A stretch of DNA of 63,996 bases, filler included, from Streblomastix strix (lineage: Eukaryota), in NCBI GenBank assembly GCA_008636045.1. It is 4 parts of 4 records of this genome, joined end to end, with 100 filler letters (N's around TTAATTAATTAA, not from the genome) between each part and the next. Parts side by side here need not be neighbours in the genome. Positions count along the whole stretch, not along the records: positions 1 to 16,107 come from SNRW01000874.1; 3 more parts are not named here. One strand, written 5' to 3'. The position numbers were made by a program, and so were the translations under genes. Below, piece by piece: positions 1-11,576 of the stretch; within the stretch, counting starts at the first letter, position 1, and each line of letters opens with the position of its first letter. The notes under the pieces are model-generated. The model saw only the letters and a list, made by a program, of their open reading frames with translations, ran no database searches and was not told the origin of the DNA.

Positions 1-797
1 AAATTTGAGATATCTTCAAAGGACTAAATAAAATATAAAATAATTAGTTTAAAGATAATAAAATTCATAGTATGTGCATAAACAAATAAAATTAGTAAGT
101 TTAATTACCTTAACAGTGATTAAATTCTGATTTTAAATATCTTTATTAAAATATTTTGATTGATATGAGCCTTATTACAATACATAATATTAATTTTTTC
201 ATAAATTAAATTGATATTGGGATGAAATATTAAATACTCATTTATTAATTAGACCAATAAACAAGAAAGTAATTTTAGAAAAAATTAATCTTTTGATAGT
301 GAATAAATTTAAAAATTAAATACGGAAATTTATACAATAAAATTGGTATAATGCAATAATAATAGATATAATAGTAATTAGTGTTTATAAAACGGAAATT
401 CAAGCAAATTTCTTAATAATAAAATGAAAATTATTAAATTAATATTAATTAATACAGCTTAAAGTAGAAAATATAAATCATTATTAATAAATTATTTTAA
501 AAAATACGTACTAAAGAAAAAATAGTGTAATTTATGTTATTAATTTAGTATTATGTAAGAAAAATATAATGTTATCTATGAAATTAATTTAGTAATGAAA
601 ATAAAAATATTTTTAGTAATGGAAAATTAATTAAAAATTTGCATTTAACTCATTTTCAAAATTTAATGAATGTATAAAGTTGTTTAATTGAATTAAATTA
701 ATTTAATAAAAATTAAAGTAAAATAAATAATAAATAATTTGAAACAAAATAAAAAATAAAAATTATGATTAATTAGAAAAATATACAGATAAATATT

Positions 798-843
798 AAT
801 TAAAAATCATGAAATAGAAATTAAAAATCATGAAATAGAAATT
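798..843. repeat. 21-bp tandem duplication (aattaaaaatcatgaaataga x2)
   Basis: Direct reading. Confidence 0.8.
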
Positions 844-937
844 TAAAAAAATAGATATGAAAAAGAAATAAAAAATATATTCACTAAAAATGGTAAATTA
901 GTAATAATAATTCCTTGGGAAATTATGATATTGATAA

Positions 938-3900
938 TCAAAGTATGATACAACATGATTTATGGTCATCGAATTTTGATTCAATATCTGTATTATTATC
1001 TTAATCGATAATTTATTGATTTTGATTAGAATTATTATTTTAATTACATTCTTTCACATCTTATTTTTCATTTTCTTAAGAAATTGAGTATTATTTTATT
1101 TGTTCATTAAATTTCTCATTTTCAATATTTTATACTTATTCATTATTCAAAATAATTTCATCATCATTAATCCAAGCATTATGAATATTAATCAAAGGAG
1201 GTAATTATGTAATTTTCTTTAATTTTGGCGAATTAATAATGTAAGATGTTTAATTTAGTAATAATTATTAATCTGAATTTGTATTAACATCTTTTTCATC
1301 TGAAAATTATGAATTTTATTATATGAATGATTATACAGTATTCGCCTAAGAAAGTATAAGTGGTGATGAGTTCTCAATTTTAATGTTAGAATTTTATTAG
1401 TTGGAGATGTTTACAGGATTATGTATTGATTATTGTGTTTATTATGTAATATTAAGATGCGCAATTGATATTAATGAATTATTTTCACTTTCATGTATGA
1501 GAATTATGTTCAGTTTATTTATATCATTATTAAAAGGGATGGCAAAAGGCGATAAAATGTCATTATCATCAATTTGGTCTTATATTATTTATTCTTCAAA
1601 TCTATATTGTGTTAAAGTTTCATTCTCAATGTCAATTCCTTATATTTACTAATGAACTCCAGATGTTTATCTTAACTTTGTGTTATTCAATAGAATTTAT
1701 GAAGTTTATTATTCTAAGTTTAATTGAGATTAAGAATTTGTTTATATTTTTTCTTCATTTTGATTGATTAGTTAATTTAAATTATTATCTTCATCAACAT
1801 CTTTCAAAATTAATCCTTCATCATCAAGAAATTCAATTCCATCCTATTTTTATTTATCTTATTCTTATTCACATTATTTTCTTATGTTATTTTATGTACT
1901 ATTATTTGATCCTCCAGAAATATTCCATTATATCAACTCTTCTTATATATCATATCCTTAAGGTGAATTTGGAACAGAATCAAGTTCTTGTGATTATTAT
2001 ATAAGCAATTTAGGTAATTTTCTTCCTTTATTATTATTTGAGTGAATTTTTTGTTATAGTTATTTAATTGGAGAATAACGAACGAATTAATTTAATGGAA
2101 GAAGTAATGATTCTAAAATTTATGGGTTAAATAGAATATCAGTTTTTGGACTAATTTTTTGTGTTTATTCTTTTGGAGTGAGAATTATTGGAGAATAAAT
2201 TGGAGAAGACGATTAACTCCTTTCAAATATTACTGGTGAACATAAATTGCTTTGATTTTCATTTTCATGTTTATTTGTTATTGTTATTTATTAATTATAC
2301 TAATTCTTTATTAATTCTTGTTATTCTTCTTCAAACGGACTTAGAATTCCACTCAATATTTCATCTTAACTCATCATATCAAATGATTCAAATTATTCAT
2401 TTAAACTTTACTTATTTGCATTTCCAGTAAATTAATCCCATTTTAGTTCAATCATTTATTTATCATCTTATTTCAAATCATTCCTTAATTATTAACTGAG
2501 TTTATTTTGATCTTCTTATTATTAACTTCTAATTTATTAATTAGATTCATTTGTTCTATGATTTATATTTGAATCAATTCCAACAAGAGCATCAATTATA
2601 GAAACTAATTCTTGAATAGTATTTGCTCGTGGACGTAAATTAATGTTATTCAAATTTAAAGAACTTTGAAATTTATCTTATTGAGTTTCATCAAATTAAT
2701 TAACGCAATTTGATCTATGGCAATTTGAAGAATGCAAAGGAGAACAAGAAATTGATTAATTGCGATTATGATCTGAAAACTCATTGTTAGAATGATAGGA
2801 TTTAACTGAATGAATATGCGACGATTATTTCTTTGGTTATTTAATGTTATTAAATTATTTATTTTATTCATTTTTATTACTTTGTAACTTTTCATCTAAT
2901 TCAGTAAATATTTGTTCATATTTCTTCTGTAATCTATGAATTATATTCAATGAGTTTAATTTCAGCTATAATTGAAAAGGTGAAAGGACTGACTATTTCT
3001 ATTTATTAATTTCTTTATCTAATTAATGAATCTTTTCTGTTGAATCTAATTATTTCTCTTATTCAATTTATTTTTTCCCATTTTCAAGTTATTCAATTTT
3101 CCAATCAACTTTCAATGCATAATTAATATGATGTCTGATTATTCGATCTCTTTCTTCATTTATTTCATCTTCCCATTCAAATGGAGCATTCAGATCAATT
3201 TAATTTTCTTCAGCTGCTAATTTAAGTAAAGAAATGAGATATGCATAATCTGGATCTGTTGTATAATCAAGTGATAAGATGTATGATTCAAATTCAAGGA
3301 ATTGTTTGGGAAGCCGTTCAAGTAATTTGCGGCCATGAAAATATTCTTTCAGAGTTTGTATTTTCTGAGAATTTTAAATATATGAGTTTTAAATATAAAT
3401 TAATAAATAACTTAAATAATAATTAATATTACATACCAATTCATCAACATCAGACCATGGTAACATTCCATTATAGAACTCAACAAGAATGTATAAGAGT
3501 GAAATCAGATCATCCTACCTTCCAAGTTCAATTTAATTATGCGCATTTAATGAAGCATAAGTCATTGTACCTCTGAAATTTGCTTTATTCGTTGGCTATT
3601 AATGATTGAATATAATAATATATATTTCAAAATAAAATAATAATCAATGACCAAACTGTTGCTACTACACCATGATGTTTATTAATCTTCTTACATAGTT
3701 CAAAGCCAATGAGATAAAATGTGCCAAAAGTTCCTTGTGTGTTTCCAATCAAAAAGTTTCCCTATATTTAAAAATAAATAAAATTATAGATTAATTAAGA
3801 AGAGAAAATCATACTGGTTTAATGTTTCTATGAATAAATCCTTTATTGTGCACGATTTGAAGAGTCTCAATTGCTTATATACCAAACTTCAGTACTGAAT

Positions 3901-4352
3901 GAAGACTGAATTTATATGGTTTCTTGTAATTGACCAAATCTCTGAAATGAAAATAAATAAATAAATATTAAATAGATAATAATAATTATTACTATACATC
4001 AAATTTGGACCCAATAATTCACAAGCCATAAATTTGAAGTTTATATGCGATCCATAACTAAAGAACCGAGGAATATGGTTTGAATTAGCTAAAAATATAA
4101 ATAACAAAGTAAAAATTGTATTTATTGAAATGTAAAGAAATAAATAGTACCTAATATCTTCAGGATGGCAGATTCAATAAGGATTTCTGGTTGTTCTTCG
4201 GAATTTTTCTCGAGTTTAATAGCAATTTATTGCATTTATTAATCAATGGCGCAGAAAATTATACCTTTCTCTCCTTATGATATTATTCGAACAATTTTGT
4301 AACGATCCTTTATGAGATCGCCAACTTGTGGGAGCAAATTTACTTTGTACAT
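938..4352 (-). CDS. TTBK/casein kinase 1-family (pseudo)kinase, multi-exon, long low-complexity tail ending in CaaX (SCCIIL)
   Basis: With TAR=Gln: MYKVNLLPQVGDLIKDRYKIV..IAIKLE; MACELLGPNL; GFIHRNIKP/GNFLIG; FRGTMTYASLNAH..GRQDDLISLLYILVEFYNGMLPW; LPKQFLEFESYILSLDYTTDPDY. GT-AG introns. The last exon (from 3364) is in frame with TGA at 938-940. Confidence 0.88.
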
Positions 4353-4760
4353 TAAATTTTAAATAAGACGCTGCAAAAAAAGTGAAATTACAATAAAAAA
4401 AAATTAGATTGAAAAAATTGCATAAATTGAGAGTTAATTGTAGGGTTAAATTTTCAAACAAAACAAAAAATTATAAATTTAGTTAATAATTGAAAAAAAT
4501 AGCAAGTATATAGTGTTTTGGAGGATAAAAAAATTGATTTTTTATTTTTAAAGTCAATATAGGTGCCAATAGATTGTAAATAATTAATTATGTTTAAATG
4601 TTTCACATAGATTAATAATATATTTGCAATTTTAATATATGCAAACTGGATATCAAAAAATTAGTAATAATTTTTTCTAAGCATATATAAGTTAATTTAT
4701 AATAATTACTTAAGAATTTTATTTAAATAATTATATTGATTTAGAAATTTGAAATAGGTA

Positions 4761-5173
4761 TGTCAAGGCTGACAAAAACCTTATGTCGAGACAGACAAAG
4801 GACTTATCGAGAGACAATCACAATGTCTCTATTTAAAATTTCACATTATTGTATTTCAATAAAAACTATTAGTTTAAGATAAATGTTAAAAAAATAAATA
4901 TTAATTGTGATTAATTACAGTTAGTTGATATGATAAATATAAATTATATTCCTATTTGAATGTTACGTTAAATATTTTTTATCTTTTTGAAAACAGTTTA
5001 TTTCTAGTTGTCATATATATTAGCAATATATATTATAATTTAATATATTTATTATATATATTAATTATATTAAATCAGTCTATTTATGGAGTTAACTAAA
5101 ATTATTTCAAAATGTAAGCCGCTATGGGGAAGAGACAGACAGCCGCCATGTCTCTGTGTCTCTCGTCTCCCCC
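4761..5173. repeat. GAGACA/TGTCTC motif clusters and GC-rich imperfect hairpin (5118-5173); probable transposon-end remnant
   Basis: GAGACAGAC recurs at ~4788, ~5132, ~5951 and ~30484. GCCGCTATGGGGA at 5118 matches the reverse complement of TCCCCATAACGGC ending at 30296. Confidence 0.4.
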
Positions 5174-6327
5174 TACAAATAGCCAGATTCATGTCCTATT
5201 TCAAGGTATACATTGAATAATTCTTAAAAATTTTATAAAATTATAAATTATACTTTTATATTATATATAGTAATCAAGTTTTGATCCAAATTATTGGCCT
5301 AAATGAAGTACTTGAACTCTCCGTTTTATAATTTGCCACTTTCAGCTACTACAGAGTTAAAATAGGCAAACTTTTCATATTCAACATATATATTTTATTT
5401 AAATTTATCGATTATCTATAATATTTAATGATTTAATTTTCATTTGAGCGAGAAAACTAGATAACAATATCGCTCAATCATTTTCTCCATTCTGCGATTA
5501 TAATTTTCAAATTTATTCAATTATTTAAATATAAACAATATTTATTTTCAATTTTCTACTTATCATAAAAAATACTCTTAATTCATAACAAATAAAAATA
5601 GAATAATAATTTTTTTACAAAAAAATCTAATTTTGAACCGAACTGAATAATTTTTTATTGTATTTTATATCTTATAATTAGTTTTTTTTATCTTTATTTG
5701 TATTTTTTGACTATTTAGTATATTTAATATTTGAAGTGGTCGATTAATAAGAAAGAATTTTAGATTTAAATTTACACTTTATTTGTTAAAATGAATTTAT
5801 TTTAGAACCTTATATTTCATTTTTTAAATATAATTGTTAAATATTTTATAGTTGATTTTTATAATAAACAGTCCTATTGCTGAAAATCACTGTAGATATT
5901 TTTTTTAATAGTATTTTATTTGAGACAAATTTTTATGAAAAACGACAATGGAGACAGACAAGAGCTACATTTTCGTGTCAATTTTGACATGCTTAATTTG
6001 AAATAATTTTAGAATTAGATCAATAAATTGATATAAACAAAAAATATTAATTAAAAATCCAAATTTTGCTAGAATTCTGGAATAAGCGTCTATAACAATT
6101 TTAAAAATATTGAACATTGCAATTTAGATTATACTCTGACCAATCAATAATATACAAATAAGATAATATTTTATTTTTTTAAAATTTTCCAATTGATTCA
6201 GGTTGTATAAATTCGTTAAGATGTTTAATAATTTATTCTTAAATTTATTTCCATTTTAAATAAATTATAAACTAAAATTTTTTATATTTTTCTTTCAAAA
6301 CTGCTTATATTTTATTCAATTTAAATA

Positions 6328-6403
6328 TTTTATAAATACCCAGAGCCTTCAATAAGATTCCATTTTATATATTGGAATACACGTATCCGTGAAATGGGCC
6401 GGA
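6328..6403 (-). repeat. DIRS 3' inverted terminal repeat
   Basis: 6359-6403 is the exact 45-nt reverse complement of 11249-11293; the outer part pairs with the ICR. Confidence 0.9.
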
Positions 6404-6647
6404 CGGAACGAGGTCAAAAACAAGGATAAATAAATAATGATGAGAGTGTGAAACTGTTTTCTTTGCATTAATGAAAACCTCCCTTGCGAACATCATTCAA
6501 CAAAAGCGTCCTCTTCATTGATATTTGATGACTCTCCGAGGTCCTCCAGCTCTTCTGCGTTGTTCTCACAAGGAGTTGGAGCCTCGGACTATTGGAGCCT
6601 GTTAAACATAATAAAATTAATTAATTTTTAATTTATTTAAATTAAAA

Positions 6648-6757
6648 ATAAAATGGAGTCTTATTGAAGGCTCTGGGTATTTATAAAACCCAATTACTGG
6701 GTTTCAAATAACTCAGTCGCCTTCTAATAAGGCTTCATTATATATATTGGAATACAC
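6648..6757 (-). repeat. DIRS internal complementary region (ICR), a copy of the circle junction
   Basis: aaaatggagtcttattgaaggctctgggtatttata-AAA-cccaattactgggtttc...ttggaatacac = reverse complement of 6328-6366 joined to reverse complement of ~11273-11341. Confidence 0.92.
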
Positions 6758-8130
6758 AAAGTCGTTTGAAGTTTATATAAATACATATATATTTTAATAG
6801 TTCCTTTGCTACAGAATGGAGCAGACTTACCGTTTAGGTAGTTTTCTGCCATTTCCTCATGTAGTTTAGAATAATTTTATTTATTATTGTTTCAATATTA
6901 TTATATGATTATTATTCATTATATATATTTAATCTGCCGTTTGGTTAGGCTTGCTTTTAAGTAGATTTCTAACCATTTCTCAGGCAGAATTGATACTATT
7001 ATATAATCATCATTCTTTAATGTACTTGATTGTATTTATTATGTATCATTAAATATTATATTATTTGTACCAAGCATAATACAATTTATATAGTTTTACA
7101 TTTATAAATTATATATATATAGAAATATATGATATTATCATATCTTTATTCGTTTGACAGCAGCAATGCACCTAGATCTCGCTCTACAGGGCGAAAGTAG
7201 TATGCGTCAACCACATTAGATGTCAATAAGTGTCTCGTATATGCATTAACTTCAGCTTAGGTAGCCCTACAGGCTCTTAGCTTAGTCATCAACGCGTGGC
7301 GAATTGTGGATCCACTGTATTTCTCAGAAACGCCTGCTTTTCTAATGATTTCTGTTAGCAAATGGCTACAATTATCGGCATTCGGGGTGTTATTCTTCGA
7401 AAAATTCCACCATAATGAGCCTGACTATAATTTTAATGATCTTCTTTCATCAAGCCATATACGAAGAGCTCTAACAGGACATACTAAACCAGTTCTCTAT
7501 TTGAAAGTAATTGTATGATCAATCTTATTTTTTTCCCTTTGAAGTCTGTGTTTTAACTGAAATTTGATTTCTTATTATTTACATTTCAGATATCTTCATT
7601 AATACTAGCTCAGTCATTCTTGCTGCACTGAATGCCACCACTAATGTCATTGCAACTTGTTGCTTTTCTTCGATCTTGCAAAATTTAGTAGTTTGAATAT
7701 AATCAAATAGGATCTAAAAGTTCCAAGTAGTTGGATATTTTGCTTTTGGAATTGTTTAAATTCCCAATTCTTTTGAAAAGGCGAGTATTAGTGGTGAATG
7801 GCTTATATCAGGCATTTGACTGAACTAAGAAAGAACAACGCATCCATGAGTTCTCAGGCTCTAAATCTTCGATTTGTATTTAACACCTCCGTTTGATTTA
7901 AGCCACGTTATTGCGTTTACGAGCTCTGCATCAGGTCTAGTACCCAAAAAATCTTCTAGTTTCTTTCCCTATGACTTGATATAATCAGCGAGGTAAGTAA
8001 GTCCTGTTCTCCTTTTTCTCCAGGTTTCAAATGAAGTTGATTTTATCAGTTCATCTATAGTTAATTATCCAAGTCCAGATTATGCTGCGAGCTTTCGGTA
8101 TAGTTATTCTCCTTCAAAGTATTTATCAGT
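6735..8130 (-). pseudogene. DIRS tyrosine recombinase, with a one-base frameshift in an A7 run at ~7528-7534; start approximate
   Basis: KAKYPTTWNF, LVVAFSAARMTEL (catalytic R), VCPVRALRIWL, GSTIRHALMTKL, YTRH, VVDAYYFRP. Overlaps the 3' end of pol in another frame. The unspliced frame ends at a TGA inside the ICR. Confidence 0.88.
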
Positions 8131-10037
8131 ACTATTTCTATTATCCCTGGTGGTAATTTCTGCTCCAGCCTGTGCATCAATTTACCCTCTTCCAGCACTA
8201 TCTCTGAAGGACACAATGTTTTCTGATTCAGAATTTGAGGAATCATTGCTTTATATTTCATCAAGACCCAGCTTGGAAGAATTAATGCTGCTGTTGCTCC
8301 GTCTCTCTTAAGTTTCTGGATCACTTTGTGAATTGCACCTATTGGAGGAGGAAGAAGGAGTGCCTCGTTTGTCCATGCTATCGAGAAGGCATCCCTTGCT
8401 ACTGCTCTTCTATCGTCCTTCGGCGAACAATATCTTCTGCAATGTTTCATTGTTCGAAGGGCGAAGGCGTCCAGTGTAGGAGAAAAGTTGATTGCTGTTA
8501 GTGCTGGAAGAAGAAATTCTACTTTAATTTTATAATCCCCCAACCAAGATAGGCGGCTGAGGGCATCCGCTGTAGTGTTCTATTTCCCAGGTATGTGTAT
8601 TGTCATGATTCTGATATTCAATTCTTGAAGGAGAAGATATATTTGTCTGACTAGATGCACAATCGCTGAGGCTGCTCTCCAACGTCGGATACAAAACTCT
8701 GTTGTCGAATTATCTGTCTGAAGAAGAATACATTTAATCCATTGAATTAACATATATGGACTCCAGATTCTAAGTGATACTAGAACTGCTGCAAGCTCTC
8801 GCTGGTTGCTAGAAGTTAGATGCCAGCCCATCTACCATTCTCCAGCATCCGAAATCTTTGATTGGTTCTTTACAAGTGACATTCCCCAGCCTTCCTCCGA
8901 TGCATTGATTGTCTGAACAGTATCTGGTGTTAGCTCCTTCAAGCTCAGCGGTTTATTCAACTTTACCATGCTCAAAATTGTCTAAAGATTACCATGAATT
9001 TGATTGTTAAGCTACACTTGACCTTTCCAAGTTCCTTTAGATACTGTTTTGGTTTTGAGATGATTCAAGGAATTCATCCAAAGAGATATTGCAGGGAATT
9101 AAACTCTGATGAAGTTAATTTCCCCAATCAGAGAAGCAAGGCTCTTTATTTTAACTATTTATTTAAGATTCGTCTTAGTGATCCAATCTTTTAGATTCTT
9201 CTTCATCATTCTTCTTCTCTCTGGAGTCATTTGTACTTCCATCGTGCAAGTATTAAACTTCCACCCAAAGTAATTGAACGTTATTTTGGGATTTATCATG
9301 CATTTTTTCATCGAGTGTTACCAACCGAGATCCTGAAGGAAAATCATTATATTTTTTGTATTCTGTTTCAGTTACTCCTTTGATTTATGCAGGAGGATTA
9401 TGTCCTCCATATACGATTGAATCTTTACACTCCATTGTTTACGTATTGCTCTAATCGCAATTGATAATGTCTTCGAAAAAATAAATGGGCTCCTTTTCCA
9501 CACAAATGGAAGACCTACGTAACAGTAGCTCCTATTTTGGAACTTGAAATCGAAGAATGTTTCCAATTTCTGGTTCACTTTTATATGATGAAAGGCGTTC
9601 TTCAGGTCTAGAGTAGTAGCGAAATCCCCTTATTATATTATTTGTTTTAATTCTTATATTCCTTCCATCTTGAAATGGACTTACTGCGTTATAGAATTAA
9701 GTTTCCTACAATCCAAGATTTTTTGAGGTCTGCCGTCCGATCTAGACACTTGAAATGTCGGGTTATAGACCATTATCTTTTTTGATTCTTTAACTATTCC
9801 CTGTGTTAATTCTTCTGTGAGTTAGTTCTGATATTTTATCATCTATTCTTATGTTCCTTTAAATTATCGGGGTTATTTCAGACTTTGCAGGAGTAGAGGA
9901 GCTTATGGTGTTGTCCATGAAGGTTGTGCGCCAATTAAAATGTTCTTCGCACCTCCGATCTTTTCCCATTGTTAGATCCTCGCAATTAACCTGTCTGGCA
10001 CAGCTGCATTACTCAGATTCATGTCCTCCAGAGGCAT
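8046..10037 (-). CDS. DIRS pol: reverse transcriptase, RNase H and adenine methyltransferase-like domain (663 aa), catalytic residues degenerate
   Basis: KILDCRKLN, HFKMEG, LDLKNAFHHI, GLPFVW, SYMEDII; TINASEEGWG, SSNQRELAAV, QTDNST, HIPGKQNTTADALSR; DAFA..RYCS..DAFSIAW..LPPP..LILPSW. Confidence 0.93.
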
Positions 10038-10173
10038 TGTTCCCTCCTTCGATGTCGTACAGATGTCTGCTGTCTATCTAATCTCATTTAGCTAGTTCCT
10101 TCACCTCGCCAGTTGGAGCCTCATCTTTATCTTATATCATTTATGTGATCTCTGGAGCCGATTGCATCTCGAT

Positions 10174-11217
10174 TCATAGCAATTTATTGTCATTCGATGT
10201 TGATTATTGGAATTAATTGGCAGTTTGATTTGAACTTGCTCCTTACTAGCTTGAAACATCATTATATGGGTAGATTCTTCCTCTTTTATCTCTTTTATTT
10301 GCTTTCCATTATCCAAATCCCCCACGGTTACTTGAAAACTAATTCGGAATAAAAGTACTTGATTGATTTGGGGTAAATGCGAACTGGTTGATGGGGAACC
10401 ATGACGGTTGGGAGGTGAACGGAACAGCAAATGGGGCGATTTGGGTTTGATTTTGCTACTATGTATGTATTTGTGCTGATGGCATTTATGTCTAGGGAAC
10501 TGGAGCTGCAATAATTGTTTGCTATGGATTAGAAGTTGTGGTTTTATTAGCTGTCTCTTTTGATTGTATAAGCTTGATTATTTTTTCATTATCGGCCAAC
10601 TTCTTCTTTGACTGACTTCCAAGTACTGCAACAGAACCAGCTTCTTTCCCCAGGAATCCTCTTAACTCAGGAGGAAGTAATTCCATTTCGCGTCGCTATT
10701 GTGCGTCCCCAGCGATTATTCTACATAAATGATGGTTTGTTAGCAACCACATGGTTGCTGATTTGCTATCTCCAATAGCGAGGCTGCTAATTGCTGCGAA
10801 ACTCGCTTGGTCTGCAGCTACAGAGAATTTACAGACATCTGCCTCATACTCAGGGTCATTAGCTCCCGAATGGTCAACTGCATTCTTTTTATTGAATTCC
10901 AGGCTAAGGGTCATATCGACTCTATCTAGCAATGCCTCTCTAACTCGCTGCGTTGCTCTTTCTCTAATGGGATCGTAATCTTCCGCTTTTGTGCTATAGT
11001 ACTGCTCTACAAGCTTAACGGCCTACGCTAGCTACTCAGCACGACGCTTCTCTTCAGGGGTCCGAGCGGTTTGAACAAGAAGGTCTTATATAAATGGCAA
11101 TGTTGAATTTTCATCTTTTGCAGGAATTGCCGGCGGAATTTCTAGGAGAGGCTGTTGGATTTGTTCTTCAATATTCATTACTTGTTCTTAGACGTTTGGT
11201 TGAATAGCGTCGGCCAT
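10174..11217 (-). CDS. DIRS gag-like ORF1 (347 aa)
   Basis: Open ATG-to-TGA frame under TAR=Gln just inside the 5' ITR (MADAIQPNVQEQ...NDNKLL). Confidence 0.85.
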
Positions 11218-11248
11218 TGAATTCGAGGTGTATATTGATTTCGTTTGA

Positions 11249-11341
11249 TCCGGCCCATTTCACGGATACGTGTATTCCAATATATAAAATGGAGCCTTAT
11301 TAGAAGGCGACTGGGTTATATGAAACCCAGTAATTGGATTT
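11249..11341 (-). repeat. DIRS 5' inverted terminal repeat
   Basis: Inverted match to 6359-6403 and to the ICR; contains the inverted repeat CTGGGTT-N6-AACCCAG at 11311-11330. Confidence 0.9.
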
Positions 11342-11576
11342 ACTTTTATAAAACCATTTTTTATTTTATAATAAAAAAAAATCTTAAATTTAATTAAAAA
11401 TGGTTAATATAACTAAATGTAATGAAAATGTAAAATAAACTTATGCGTAATACATCAGCAATATTGATTTTATTTAAAAAAAAAGATTATATTTTTTGAT
11501 TTATTTCATTAAAAATTTTTTATTTTTTTTATTTAAAATATTTTATATATTAATTTAATTATTATTTTAGACGTAA

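Larger units (their letters stand above)
6328..11341 (-). mobile_element. Full-length DIRS1-type tyrosine recombinase retrotransposon (~5.0 kb)
   Basis: Inverted terminal repeats, internal complementary region matching both outer ends, and gag, RT/RNaseH/MTase and YR ORFs in DIRS order. TTT at both ends on the + strand. Confidence 0.95.

Noticed and set aside
9340..9375. Suspected frameshift in the DIRS RT
   Set aside because: Recounting the A run shows the frame is continuous (KQNTKNIMIFLQDLGW).
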